A stretch of DNA of 64,000 nucleotides from the sequence record PZ091942.1, one strand, 5' to 3'. The notes under the pieces are model-generated. The model was not told the origin of the DNA and did not search any database. It saw nothing but the letters and a program-made list of their open reading frames with translations. This DNA is from a phage. Below are positions 7,477 through 17,499 of the stretch, one piece after another; position 1 is the stretch's first letter; the number at the start of each line of letters is the position of its first letter. The position numbers and the translations under genes are program-made.

Positions 7477-7835
7477 ACCTACGCCCCATCAAAGGCCATG
7501 TGAACCTGTCTACGCTGCATAAAGTAGCAAATGATCTGGGTGGCATGGACGAGAATGATTTGGAGCAGCAATTGCTCTGGATTGCTCATGGCATCAAGGC
7601 GGCAAAGGCCAAAATGGCTCGTGCACAAAGCAAGTTAAAGGCGAATAAATATCTTATTCGTCGTCGTAATACCTTACCTCAGGATGTGGTGAGTTTGGCT
7701 GTGGCAGGATACAATGCAGCAGAGGTAGAACTTCAGGAAGCAGAATTCGAAAAAATGCGCTTCCAAGAAAACTACCGAAACTTCCGTAGCATTGCCTACA
7801 TTCGCAAATCTCTGGGCCTTCTGGTAGCAGAGTAA
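7473..7835 (+). CDS. hypothetical protein
   Basis: 120-aa ORF, translationally coupled to upstream small ORF. Confidence 0.5.
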   Translation: MNLRPIKGHVNLSTLHKVANDLGGMDENDLEQQLLWIAHGIKAAKAKMARAQSKLKANKYLIRRRNTLPQDVVSLAVAGYNAAEVELQEAEFEKMRFQENYRNFRSIAYIRKSLGLLVAE

Positions 7836-7846
7836 AGAGGTAAAAG

Positions 7847-9067
7847 ATGTTCCCTGTAACACTTCAAAGCTGGAAAGAATCAGAAGATGTTGTAACCGTC
7901 TGGCCTCCTTGTTATGGTTTCCTTAAAGCAGGTTACTATCAGGGTGGTGATTATGATGAAGATGATGAAGACGATGATCCTGACTACTACAACACGTATG
8001 ACAGCAACTACGGCTGGAATATCCGCATCAAGGTGTGGAGTAAAAATATGATGGTTCGTCAAGGCACTGCTGAAGAGAACGTTCTTGAGAATATGTTGCC
8101 TATGTCTGAAATCAAGTATATCTGGAACTCCGGAACACATCTTCCAGCTTACGGTGTAAGACGTTATGGTGATACTGAATATATCGCTACTCAGTATTTC
8201 CGTGAAGGGTTAGAAAATGAAGACCCTCGTCCTCCTTCTCATGTGGAAACATGGGCAGAAGAAAACAACCGTCCTGATATCACTGATCGTGTTGTTATGG
8301 AAACCTTTGCAGCATTCATGGATAAAGATCTTGACTCATGTCTGGTGTGGCATGAAGTAGGGTTCATGGGTGTTTGCACTGATGGCTGTCCCGCTGATCG
8401 TGCTCTGTTCTATCTGATGTTGAATCGCACATTCTATACAGATGATGAAAAATCTGCTGTGTATGAAATGTTGAACAAGATGTATAAGAAGGGCTGGTCT
8501 CCTTTAGCCTCTCTTGCATTCAGCCGACTTATCAACTCTTCAGTGGATGTATTCGGTAACGAACGTGTTGCTTTAACAGGGAATGATTACGATTCCTGTA
8601 TCTTCCAAGCATCTCTGTATACAGTGGGTGTTGGTAGTACGATGATTGAGCCTCGCCAGACCAAATGGCGACAGTGTGAATACACTGAAGGTGAAGGCCA
8701 CCTGCGTGATGAAGACTTCTCCAGTCTGATCTATCGCAGTGAAGGTGTTCGTGATTGTCGAGTGAACAACTCGATGTTCTTGCCAATCCTTTTGCCTCAA
8801 TATTGCCATCTGTCAGAAGATACCCGCCCAATCATCACAGAAAAGTCACTCTTGGTTGAATTTATCCGAGAGGTGACTGAATCTGAAACATCTTTTGCTA
8901 AAATTGTGTTCGGTTATAACTGGAACAATGAAACAGCTTCAGCTCGAAGCTACAACATGTATAACATTATCAGTAGTATGTCCAATGGACTAACAGGTAG
9001 TAATTATACAGTACGTCCCTCAGAAGAGTGGGAAAACATTTTGGAAAAATTATTCTTCAATAAATAG
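7847..9067 (+). CDS. hypothetical protein (first gene of candidate modification operon)
   Basis: ATG with AAAGAGG RBS; 406 aa with acidic DYDEDDEDDDPDYY stretch; no recognisable motif. Confidence 0.55.
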   Translation: MFPVTLQSWKESEDVVTVWPPCYGFLKAGYYQGGDYDEDDEDDDPDYYNTYDSNYGWNIRIKVWSKNMMVRQGTAEENVLENMLPMSEIKYIWNSGTHLPAYGVRRYGDTEYIATQYFREGLENEDPRPPSHVETWAEENNRPDITDRVVMETFAAFMDKDLDSCLVWHEVGFMGVCTDGCPADRALFYLMLNRTFYTDDEKSAVYEMLNKMYKKGWSPLASLAFSRLINSSVDVFGNERVALTGNDYDSCIFQASLYTVGVGSTMIEPRQTKWRQCEYTEGEGHLRDEDFSSLIYRSEGVRDCRVNNSMFLPILLPQYCHLSEDTRPIITEKSLLVEFIREVTESETSFAKIVFGYNWNNETASARSYNMYNIISSMSNGLTGSNYTVRPSEEWENILEKLFFNK

Positions 9068-9075
9068 AGGCGAAT

Positions 9076-10026
9076 ATGTCAATCTCCGCATCGACTGCTC
9101 CGGTAACACCATCAGAGGATTTTGGTGAGTCAGTGTTCAGAGGGCGAGCTTGTTTTGGTACTTTCAACTGTCAGCATATGTATTCTGTTACAGACATTAA
9201 CGGCGACAGTATCAATCGCTCAAACCTTCGTGACAGAACTTCAGAAATTGGAGTTATCAACTTCTGGCCTCACAACTTTTATGGCACACCAGCTAAAGAT
9301 ATCGAAAGAGCTTTAGTTGAAGCAACAGACATTTTTAACTCAATGTCTTGCTATAAAAACATGTTCTCTGTCACTTCGGTGAACTCAGTTGCCGTGAACC
9401 TTCGAGACCACCCAGCAGACAAGGTGTTTACTGGATTAATGACCCTCCGGAGTTATCTGGATGGGGATTTTATGGGAATGGAGTTCCTTCAGGAAGGCGT
9501 TCAAGACAAGGAAGAGTTACTCAAGCGACAACGAATCGGCTTAGCTTTACGCTTAGCTGGTTTAAGTCGTAACTTCTTTGGTCGTTGGGATTATTCACAC
9601 GATGTGGATACTGATGATGAATCAGCAGCGACCTATTTTAATGGTGACATGAGTGCAATTGCATTCTTGCCACTAGTCTGTACCACTGATGAATTTTCTG
9701 AAAACGTATGGGTTCAGAATGTGTTCGGTATTGACGATAACAGAGATGGTTATGTACGAAACCACAATGACGGAGTTCTCCGCAGTATGGCTCGTCGTCG
9801 TGACCAAGACCCTGACTATTACGAAAGTATGAGTGAGTGGTTACGTCTCTGGTCAATGTGTGCAGGCCACAAACGTGAAGTATTAGATCAGCGTATGGAC
9901 AGAATTACTGTTCAAAGTTTTATTGAACGTCTGATGCAAGCAGTACCTTCCTCAATGACACCAGAAGAAGCTGGTGCCCGTGTTGTTTCCCTTTTTGATG
10001 AACTCGTGGAGTATTACAATGACTAA
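9076..10026 (+). CDS. hypothetical protein (operon member)
   Basis: ATG with AGAGG RBS; 316 aa; no recognisable motif. Confidence 0.55.
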   Translation: MSISASTAPVTPSEDFGESVFRGRACFGTFNCQHMYSVTDINGDSINRSNLRDRTSEIGVINFWPHNFYGTPAKDIERALVEATDIFNSMSCYKNMFSVTSVNSVAVNLRDHPADKVFTGLMTLRSYLDGDFMGMEFLQEGVQDKEELLKRQRIGLALRLAGLSRNFFGRWDYSHDVDTDDESAATYFNGDMSAIAFLPLVCTTDEFSENVWVQNVFGIDDNRDGYVRNHNDGVLRSMARRRDQDPDYYESMSEWLRLWSMCAGHKREVLDQRMDRITVQSFIERLMQAVPSSMTPEEAGARVVSLFDELVEYYND

Positions 10027-10825
10027 GCGTGCTTTCCTTATTGGTTCTGACCCTGAAATGTTTGTTCGTACCGCTTCTGGTATTATCACCTCTGTGGCTG
10101 GTAAGCTGGGCTGTTCCAAAGATAACAAAATCGATCTGGCCCCTGATGTTCGTCTTCAAGAAGACAACGTTCTGGCTGAGTTCGATATTAACCCACAGAA
10201 AGGGTTTGAAGCGTTTGATGATAACATCCAGCGTGGTATTGATCTGACCAACAAAGTTCTCCATGAACGTGGTATGGAAGCTGCACTTGGGATTAGCTCC
10301 CATGTGTACACTTCTGAAGAGCTGGAATCATTCCACCCGTCAGCCTTCGTATTTGGCTGTACTCCTGATTTCAACGCCTTCACTGGTCAGAAAAACCCAT
10401 CTCCGGTAGCGACAGACAAAGGTCTGCGTACCGCTGGAGGTCACGTTCACCTCGGTGTTACTGGTACACTGGAAATTAGTCGTCAGACTCAGATGATGCT
10501 GGGTGTGCTGTGCGATTACTTCCTGTCACTTCCAGCGGTTGTGATGGACAAGGACACTCGTCGTAAAGAGCTTTACGGCAAGGCATCTGCGATTCGTTAT
10601 AAAGATTACGGTATTGAATATCGTTCTCTGTCAAACTTCTGGATTGGTGAACAGTCCACTCGTAAGTTTGTTTACGATCAAGTTGATAAGGTTATTCAGG
10701 GCTGTGACATGGAAACCCTCATGTCTCTGCATTCCCGTTTGCCTATCGAAAAGCTTCACAACATCATCAACAGCAACGATGTTAAAGAAGCGGATAAGTT
10801 CTCCTCTCAACTTCAGATTATCTAA
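10019..10825 (+). CDS. hypothetical protein, possible carboxylate-amine ligase-like (weak)
   Basis: ATG 10019 overlaps upstream stop (ATGACTAA); track start 9974 rejected; GSDPEMF..GCTPDF..GGHVHLG motifs. Confidence 0.5.
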   Translation: MTKRAFLIGSDPEMFVRTASGIITSVAGKLGCSKDNKIDLAPDVRLQEDNVLAEFDINPQKGFEAFDDNIQRGIDLTNKVLHERGMEAALGISSHVYTSEELESFHPSAFVFGCTPDFNAFTGQKNPSPVATDKGLRTAGGHVHLGVTGTLEISRQTQMMLGVLCDYFLSLPAVVMDKDTRRKELYGKASAIRYKDYGIEYRSLSNFWIGEQSTRKFVYDQVDKVIQGCDMETLMSLHSRLPIEKLHNIINSNDVKEADKFSSQLQII

Positions 10826-10834
10826 GGTGTTATC

Positions 10835-11461
10835 GTGAGCCTGTTAAGAGATTTTCAGCATTATTATTGCGGAACATGGATTGCCCAACGTGCAGAACGA
10901 GGGATTAATCTCCCTCTGTATGTACTCAACGTAAGCCAACCAAGCCGCTTTGGGGAAGATGACTTCTCCCACGAAGCCGAAATGGCCTTGACCTTTGAAG
11001 TTGAACGCTGGTCTAAGAACTCCGAAGGGCAGTTTGAGCGACAAGTTGTTCAGGGTATCCCTGTGTTTGATCAGAGTCTGATTCTGGAATCTCCAGATGT
11101 GGGCTATCTACAACATGGTAACAACATGGTAAGCTGGACTCATATCAACCCTGTTCGTCAGCGAGCTAAAGGTCTGATGGGGAACAAGCTGCGTGGTGCA
11201 CCTCCTTCAATGGGACGTTCAATTCCGGGAGAGCTGGTGTATAACCTGTTCAACCCTGACTTTGAAGGTCTGGTTACTCGCTTCATCTACATTAACCCTG
11301 TTGATGGTAAAGTTTATTACAAAGGGGCGCTTGTAGGTCAAGTTGATCTTTCTGCTGGTTACGGCGACAACGGTCGTCAATCTTTAAATCTTCTGGAGAA
11401 GTTCAAGCATATTTCTTCAGACCTGTCATCATATAATGTAGAGTTGGTGGAAACGTTATGA
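10835..11461 (+). CDS. hypothetical protein (operon member)
   Basis: GTG start after AAGG; ends in ATGA overlap with next gene. Confidence 0.45.
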   Translation: MSLLRDFQHYYCGTWIAQRAERGINLPLYVLNVSQPSRFGEDDFSHEAEMALTFEVERWSKNSEGQFERQVVQGIPVFDQSLILESPDVGYLQHGNNMVSWTHINPVRQRAKGLMGNKLRGAPPSMGRSIPGELVYNLFNPDFEGLVTRFIYINPVDGKVYYKGALVGQVDLSAGYGDNGRQSLNLLEKFKHISSDLSSYNVELVETL

Positions 11462-12558
11462 CAACCGTAGCACAAGTTTTTGGATACCGTAATGCTCGTC
11501 TGGCTGAGCCGCACCCAAGCATCGCTTTTCAGTGTGGTATTGGCATCGAGCTGGAAGTTGAAGGAACCTCTGAAATTGATGCAGACCTTTGGGTTTGTAC
11601 TGAAGATGGTTCACTTCGTGATGGCTGTGAGATGGTTTGCGCACGGCCTTACAACGGTGTAGAATTGCTTCGTGCTATTAACAATCTGAGTGAAGCAGTA
11701 CAAGACTCTGAAGCTGAAGGGACTTGGCGCTGCTCTACTCATGTTCATATGGATATGCGTGACGCTGATAGTAACATCCTGAAGAAAGTAATTCTTGGAT
11801 GGACGTTCTATGAAAAGATGATGTTCAAATGTTCTGGATACCATCGCTATCGTAGCAACTTCTGTCCTGCCTTTGCTGTTGTTCAAGCACAGGTAATGAA
11901 TGCTTCCGCAGCGTTCAACCGAGATGGTGAAGCCTTCTTCAACACTCTTGTTAATAGCTGGGACAAGTACACCTCCCTTAACCTATTACCTCTGGCTCAG
12001 TTTGGTTCTGTTGAGTTTCGTATCTCAGAGCCGAAGTGGAAGAAAAGCCAACTCCTGAATCTGGTCAACCGCTTCTTGGTTCTCAAGAAACTGGCTGTTG
12101 AATATGCAGATTTGGACAATGAAGCATACGTTGAGAAACTGAATGAGCTTCGCTTCGCTCCTATGATTCAGTATCTACCTCTGGACTACACGCCTAATGA
12201 TAATGATCTTACTGAAGGTTATCGTTTGGCTCGTGACATTCTGTTCTGTCGTGAACGTTCGGTTACTCTGGTTGGTCGTGTTCGTGTACAACAGACTGGC
12301 CCTGATGGTGAAGTCCTTATCAACTTGCGTGATATGGGTGACTTCTATGGTTTCTTGGGATATGTACGGGGTAATGCCAACTCTGTTTACGAAGAGATCA
12401 TGACATATTACACCCCTCAGATTGAAAACACTCGAATCGCAACGGTTCGTGAAATTCGTCACATGTTTACTTTGATGCGTGAATCAGGTAGCAGTGATGA
12501 TAACGTCACTGGTTATATTCCAGACCATCTGGAAATGCAATTAGAACGACTGCTGTAA
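11458..12558 (+). CDS. GS-like amidoligase (carboxylate-amine ligase family, putative)
   Basis: GIGIELEVEG ... TEDGSLRDGCE ... STHVHMDMRD pattern resembles glutamine-synthetase-fold amidoligases. Confidence 0.5.
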   Translation: MTTVAQVFGYRNARLAEPHPSIAFQCGIGIELEVEGTSEIDADLWVCTEDGSLRDGCEMVCARPYNGVELLRAINNLSEAVQDSEAEGTWRCSTHVHMDMRDADSNILKKVILGWTFYEKMMFKCSGYHRYRSNFCPAFAVVQAQVMNASAAFNRDGEAFFNTLVNSWDKYTSLNLLPLAQFGSVEFRISEPKWKKSQLLNLVNRFLVLKKLAVEYADLDNEAYVEKLNELRFAPMIQYLPLDYTPNDNDLTEGYRLARDILFCRERSVTLVGRVRVQQTGPDGEVLINLRDMGDFYGFLGYVRGNANSVYEEIMTYYTPQIENTRIATVREIRHMFTLMRESGSSDDNVTGYIPDHLEMQLERLL

Positions 12559-12635
12559 CACAATGGGCGCTCTGATAAAGGGCGCATTTAAAGGTTAATT
12601 AGATGAAAGGGTTTACCCTTCAGGTGGATTAGAAA

Positions 12636-14669
12636 ATTTGTGGTATCGTATTAGCTGGGGGCAACATGACCTCCACAGACTTAGACGTATTCAACCAGCT
12701 TCTGTATGCCGGAGTCTTCCGTGGTCAGCACTCAACTGGTGTGTTCGGTCAGCGTAAAAGTGATGCAAGAGTGTTTTCTTATAAAGAAGCACTTCCTTCT
12801 TATGCTTTCATGCTTCAGACAGAGTACACGAATATTACTAAGGGGCTTACGAACTATGTAGTTCCTCCAGCGTGGATTGTTGGTCATAGCCGACATGCCA
12901 CTCGTGGCGCTGTCAATGCTCGAAATGCTCACCCGTTCTCTCATGGTGACATTACTCTGGTTCACAATGGTACATTGATGGACCAAGAGCTGTTACCTGA
13001 CCATAAGAACTTCGAAGTTGATAGCGAAAACATCTGTCATTCAATCAACACCATTGGTGCAGCAGAGACTATCCAGAAGTTGGATGGTGCGTTCACTTTA
13101 ATCTGGCATGATGCCAAAGACAATACTCTGCATATCATTCGTAACGATGAACGTCCTTTCCATCTGGCCCGTTGTGGTCTGGATTGGTTTGGTGCTTCTG
13201 AAGAAGATATGTTGATGTGGATTCTTAATCGTTCCAAGTCACACAAGAACCGTATCAATGATCACTTTGAATGTAAAGTGGGAACTGAATACATCTTTGA
13301 TTTGTCTGGCAACCGTATGACTCTGACTCAAGAGGTGGAGCACAAGCTTCCGGTTTTTACGGTAACGAGTCGCTGGGGCGGCTATTACTCGAACTCCTCT
13401 CTATATCAGAACCAACAGACAAACAAATCAAGCAGCAGCACAAGCGACATTTACGGAAACAAAGACGACAAGCCCGGCGTGACAAGCGGGGACATTCGCC
13501 GTCGTAAAGCGATTGAAGATCAGAATAAACTGGCTGCCGATCGTGGTCTTCCATATCGTCGTGATGGTCGTGTGGATATCATCCCTCACGAGTTCCATGC
13601 TTACAACAACACTGACCGTGGTAAGATGGTTGGTTATATTTATGATGATGCTGCTCAAGAATATGTTGAGGGTGATGTTCATAATGTAGCCAAGAGTGAG
13701 TACTTGAAGGCTCTCGAAAACCCAAAGGTAGTGTATCGCGGGACAGTTGCTTGTATCTCCGAAGTGGACAGTATGATTCGCCTCGTACTCACTTCAGGGC
13801 TGTTTGTTGATGCTACCGATAAGGAGCCTCAAAGCACTACCGCTGATTTTGATGATGATATCCCTTTTGATTTAGAAGACTCCTTCATCACTAAGAATGG
13901 TGTGGAAGTCACTCGTAAGTTCTGGGAATCTCATTCTCATGGTGATTGTGGCGGTTGTGACAAGCACATTGAATGGAAAGATGCTAAGAAAGCTGTGTTC
14001 GCTTACCAAGCATATTGGCATCCGGCCTGTTTCGAAGCATTGTCCAAACCATCGGAAGAAGATGAAGACATCCCTTTAGGTGTCTGTGCTGTGTGTGGCA
14101 ATGTTAAAACTGATTTCGAGTTTGATAACGAAATGAGTAAACTTCGTGGTGAAGATATTTGTTATGTCTGTGCCAAAGAAATCAAAGACAAAGTGACTAA
14201 CACTACATTGTCTGAAGGTTACATTTGGACTAAAGCAGTTGACACAACTAACCCACGCCGCCCTGAAGTAGCAGTTCGTGTTGATCAGCGTATGCTTAGC
14301 CGGATGATCGTAATGGTTAGCTCAGCTAAGCGTTCTGGAGACATTGAACTGTCTGATGTTCCTAATTCTTATTTGGAGAAACGTGGTGGTGATACTTATG
14401 CCATCTCTGTTTATGGTCCAAAGAATGCCCCAAAGGAGGTGCCCGCTGAGAAAGCGGAAACATTTCCAGAAAAACAAACAACTCTCCGAAAAACAGTTGT
14501 CAGTTACGATGGACAGCGAACAGCTGAGTTCACAAAAGCCCTCTGGACTTCAATTGGGTTTTGTGCAGTCTGTTATAAACAAATTCCGTGGCGTGATGCA
14601 GAAGTTTGCTCACTAAACAAAGAAAACAGGGTGATCTGTAATTCAGATTACTGTAAAGGTAAACATTAA
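12636..14669 (+). CDS. class II (Ntn) glutamine amidotransferase domain protein with Cys-rich C-terminal domain; probable AUU start
   Basis: GHSRHATRG..NAHPF..HNG motifs; in-frame CGIV lies upstream of track ATG 12666 with no stop between; AGGTGG 8 nt upstream of ATT 12636; C-terminal CxxC pairs. Confidence 0.6.
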   Translation: MCGIVLAGGNMTSTDLDVFNQLLYAGVFRGQHSTGVFGQRKSDARVFSYKEALPSYAFMLQTEYTNITKGLTNYVVPPAWIVGHSRHATRGAVNARNAHPFSHGDITLVHNGTLMDQELLPDHKNFEVDSENICHSINTIGAAETIQKLDGAFTLIWHDAKDNTLHIIRNDERPFHLARCGLDWFGASEEDMLMWILNRSKSHKNRINDHFECKVGTEYIFDLSGNRMTLTQEVEHKLPVFTVTSRWGGYYSNSSLYQNQQTNKSSSSTSDIYGNKDDKPGVTSGDIRRRKAIEDQNKLAADRGLPYRRDGRVDIIPHEFHAYNNTDRGKMVGYIYDDAAQEYVEGDVHNVAKSEYLKALENPKVVYRGTVACISEVDSMIRLVLTSGLFVDATDKEPQSTTADFDDDIPFDLEDSFITKNGVEVTRKFWESHSHGDCGGCDKHIEWKDAKKAVFAYQAYWHPACFEALSKPSEEDEDIPLGVCAVCGNVKTDFEFDNEMSKLRGEDICYVCAKEIKDKVTNTTLSEGYIWTKAVDTTNPRRPEVAVRVDQRMLSRMIVMVSSAKRSGDIELSDVPNSYLEKRGGDTYAISVYGPKNAPKEVPAEKAETFPEKQTTLRKTVVSYDGQRTAEFTKALWTSIGFCAVCYKQIPWRDAEVCSLNKENRVICNSDYCKGKH

Positions 14670-14680
14670 GAGGTGAAGTT

Positions 14681-14914
14681 ATGGAAGTTCGTAAATTGAT
14701 GTTGGATAACGTTGTAACCACTCGACGTATCCCAATGACAAGCACAGGATGTGACAACCTTCGAGCTATTCAGAAATGGATGCAAGAGGGTATTGGGGGA
14801 CTGGTTAACTCTCCAGTTGAAATTCCTTTCCCAACCGTTATCAACAACGTGTTGGCTGACTATGTGAAATTGAAGGGGATTAAAGTTGAGCCTCATGTCA
14901 AGCAAGGGAGCTAA
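14681..14914 (+). CDS. hypothetical protein
   Basis: ATG with AAGAGG RBS; 77 aa. Confidence 0.45.
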   Translation: MEVRKLMLDNVVTTRRIPMTSTGCDNLRAIQKWMQEGIGGLVNSPVEIPFPTVINNVLADYVKLKGIKVEPHVKQGS

Positions 14915-15116
14915 GCCTCACCTGACAATGCTGGAGTATCAACAACTCCGACTTCAACAACTGGTAACGGAGCAGCGAAAGCTGTATCCGTTTGCTTTTA
15001 ACCTAATTGATTCACCAAGCGATGACCAAGAAGACGAGATGTTCGCCAAGTATTGGGAAATCGAAGTTAAAATTCAATCCTGTCGTAACGAAATTCTTAA
15101 ACTAAAAGGTATCTAA
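14886..15116 (+). CDS. hypothetical protein (start uncertain)
   Basis: Track start is TTG; in-frame ATGs at 14895 and 14928; no clear RBS. Confidence 0.35.
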   Translation: MSLMSSKGAKPHLTMLEYQQLRLQQLVTEQRKLYPFAFNLIDSPSDDQEDEMFAKYWEIEVKIQSCRNEILKLKGI

Positions 15117-15118
15117 AA

Positions 15119-16366
15119 ATGACTACTCGTATCCGTGTTCTTCCGTATGGCCCTTCTGATTCTGTTAACGCTCTGGTAACTGCCATTAATGATACTATCC
15201 GTGATGAACGTATCAACGCTAACGTAATGGGTCTTCTTTCAGAGAACAGCCGCTGGCGTTCTCGTGAAGGTGATGTGGTTGTGAACTACGGGAACCGTCG
15301 CTATCCTGAATCATTCTTTGGTTCTGCAACTGTTCTGAACAGCACAGCATCTCTGCATATGGCAGCGAACAAGCGTCGTGCTTTTAGCGTGATGGACCAA
15401 GCAGGTGTTAAAACAGTTGAATATACAGATGTTCAATCAACTGCTCAAGAGTGGTCAAACTCTGGCAATATTGTGTATGAGCGTCATGAACTGACTGGTC
15501 ACTCTGGTTCAGGCATTGTTGTTGTAGAGCCTCGTGATTCGGTTGGTCAAGCTGAACTGTACACCAAAGGTATCCTAGGCCCACGTCGTGAATGGCGTGT
15601 CCATGTGTTCAAAGGTGCTATCACCTATGTTCAGAAAAAGATTCGTCGTAACGGTTATCGTGAAGACCCTAACTATCGTGAAGATGTTCGTAACCATCAC
15701 ACTGGTTGGGTTTACTCAAGTTCCTTCACAGACGTTCCGAACGACACCTCTCTGATCAACGCAGTGAAAGCTGTTGAATCAATGGGTCTGGATTTCGGTG
15801 CAGTTGATATCATCACCAAAGGTCAAGAAGCATGGGTACTGGAAGTTAATACAGCACCGGGCCTAACTGGCACAACTCTGGATATCTACCGTCATAATAT
15901 CCTTGAGTTTGTTAAAGCTCAAAACCCTCTTTATACTCCTCAGTATAAAGTAGTTTACCAGACTCCTGTTGAAGCTCCAATCGAAGACGGAGACGGTGAG
16001 TTGGTTGCTGACAGTGAAAGTGCTGACGATGAAAACTTTGCACTGGAAGGCCAAGTAGCACAACCGGTTGATTCAGTTGATGTGGTTCCTGAAGAAATGC
16101 AACTGGAAGGTCAGATGAATACTCAAACTATTCGTAATGCACCTACTGGTTATGTGTTGTCTCGTGGTTATTGGATTGCCAACATCCGTCATGTTCATAA
16201 CAACCTGCAACCAAATGCAATGGCTGCCAATGTCATTCTGTTCTGTGATGGTCGTAACTTCTACCGCTCTGGTTGGAACGTTCCGGTCAATCCAGTCCAG
16301 ATTCATAACCCTCGCAAGTTAGAATCTGTCAATGTTGAAGGTAGTGAAGTAGCAGTAACTCTGTAA
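15119..16366 (+). CDS. ATP-grasp ligase (RimK-like)
   Basis: GHSGSGIVVVE and GAVDIIT..EAWVLEVNTAPGL match ATP-grasp nucleotide-binding motifs. Confidence 0.65.
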   Translation: MTTRIRVLPYGPSDSVNALVTAINDTIRDERINANVMGLLSENSRWRSREGDVVVNYGNRRYPESFFGSATVLNSTASLHMAANKRRAFSVMDQAGVKTVEYTDVQSTAQEWSNSGNIVYERHELTGHSGSGIVVVEPRDSVGQAELYTKGILGPRREWRVHVFKGAITYVQKKIRRNGYREDPNYREDVRNHHTGWVYSSSFTDVPNDTSLINAVKAVESMGLDFGAVDIITKGQEAWVLEVNTAPGLTGTTLDIYRHNILEFVKAQNPLYTPQYKVVYQTPVEAPIEDGDGELVADSESADDENFALEGQVAQPVDSVDVVPEEMQLEGQMNTQTIRNAPTGYVLSRGYWIANIRHVHNNLQPNAMAANVILFCDGRNFYRSGWNVPVNPVQIHNPRKLESVNVEGSEVAVTL

Positions 16367-16392
16367 TTAAATTAAACAAAAAGGAATTTGTA

Positions 16393-16635
16393 ATGTTGTC
16401 TATCGAAGATTTGATCAGCCGTGGAATGACCGAAGAAAAAGAGCCTCTGATTGTAGGCTCTCGTAAAGCTATTAACCAACTCTGTGAAGAGTTTGGCATC
16501 ACAAACAAGAGAATGATTGGTAATCAGTTCTCTGCAATCATCACCTTCCTCAAACGAGGTGATAAATATTCAATGGAATGTGTTGAGCGTATCATCGCAA
16601 TTGCACAAGAAGATAAGGGAGTAACAACTCTGTGA
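16393..16635 (+). CDS. hypothetical protein
   Basis: 80-aa ORF with ATG after AAAAGGAA. Confidence 0.45.
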   Translation: MLSIEDLISRGMTEEKEPLIVGSRKAINQLCEEFGITNKRMIGNQFSAIITFLKRGDKYSMECVERIIAIAQEDKGVTTL

Positions 16636-16817
16636 ATAAATATACAATCATGTTTCGTACAGTATCAGCAGAAGGGAATATTCAATCTCTGGACATTCAA
16701 GCAGACCGCTTTGAATCACTTGGAACAAATGTTAATTTCTTCCGAGGTGCAGAGCTAGTAGGTATGTTCCAATCTGATGTATTGACTGGTGTGATCAAAC
16801 ACTTCGAAGTAGAATAA
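16632..16817 (+). CDS. hypothetical protein
   Basis: 61-aa ORF coupled to upstream gene; followed by TAGCC..GGGCTA-type hairpin at about 16825-16848. Confidence 0.4.
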   Translation: MNKYTIMFRTVSAEGNIQSLDIQADRFESLGTNVNFFRGAELVGMFQSDVLTGVIKHFEVE

Positions 16818-16874
16818 TTTGCTTTAGCCTCTTCGAAAGAGGGGGCTAGTTCGAATTTAACTGGAGGTTGTAAA

Positions 16875-17291
16875 ATGGTTGATAATAAACTGGATATGTT
16901 TAAAAGTCGTATCTTAGATGTAGAGTATTCCAAAAACCTCTTTGAGAAACATAAGAAAGAGGCAAAGGAAGAATTAGAAAGTCTTCTGAAAGATGAAGAG
17001 ATTCCACTCTTTAATCGCTGGTGCCTGTTTATGGAGCACAGCTCCCTTTTCCCTGTGGCTTCTAGCTCTATCAGCAGAGCTGTTAACTATGCAGTAGACC
17101 GTTATTATGACTTGGAGAGATATCGAACCTACACCCTCTCTGATATTTTTGAAGAGTATTGGTTCAAGGAAAAAGAATTGTCGAACAGTGATCTTGTGGA
17201 AGCTGTTAAGGAGAGTTTTGAACTAATCTCTGAAAAAGATGTTCGATCAATCATCTTCTCCGGATATTCTGGTTTCCTATACGATTGGTAG
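16875..17291 (+). CDS. hypothetical protein
   Basis: ATG with GGAGG RBS; 138 aa. Confidence 0.5.
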   Translation: MVDNKLDMFKSRILDVEYSKNLFEKHKKEAKEELESLLKDEEIPLFNRWCLFMEHSSLFPVASSSISRAVNYAVDRYYDLERYRTYTLSDIFEEYWFKEKELSNSDLVEAVKESFELISEKDVRSIIFSGYSGFLYDW

Positions 17292-17297
17292 ACAGTC

Positions 17298-17495
17298 ATG
17301 AAAAAGATTTTACTCCTCCTCTCCTTATTCAGCGTATCAGCAATCGCCGCTGATGAATGCATCTCTAAAGATTCAGGGAGAGGTCAAATCGTAACTCAAT
17401 GTGGCAGCCATGTAACGGTTGTCGATTCTATAACTCAAACAATTCTCGTGTGTAACGGGACTTCTTGTACAAAAGAAATTCTAAACAAAAGGTAA
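17298..17495 (+). CDS. small secreted Cys-rich protein
   Basis: Signal-peptide-like MKKILLLLSLFSVSAIA then six Cys in about 45 residues. Confidence 0.45.
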   Translation: MKKILLLLSLFSVSAIAADECISKDSGRGQIVTQCGSHVTVVDSITQTILVCNGTSCTKEILNKR

Positions 17496-17499
17496 TGTA

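Noticed and set aside
9974-10018. N-terminal extension of the 10019-10825 gene (track start 9974)
   Set aside because: It would overlap the preceding gene by 50 nt in a hydrophobic frame-shadow sequence; ATG 10019 gives the usual ATGA-type coupling.
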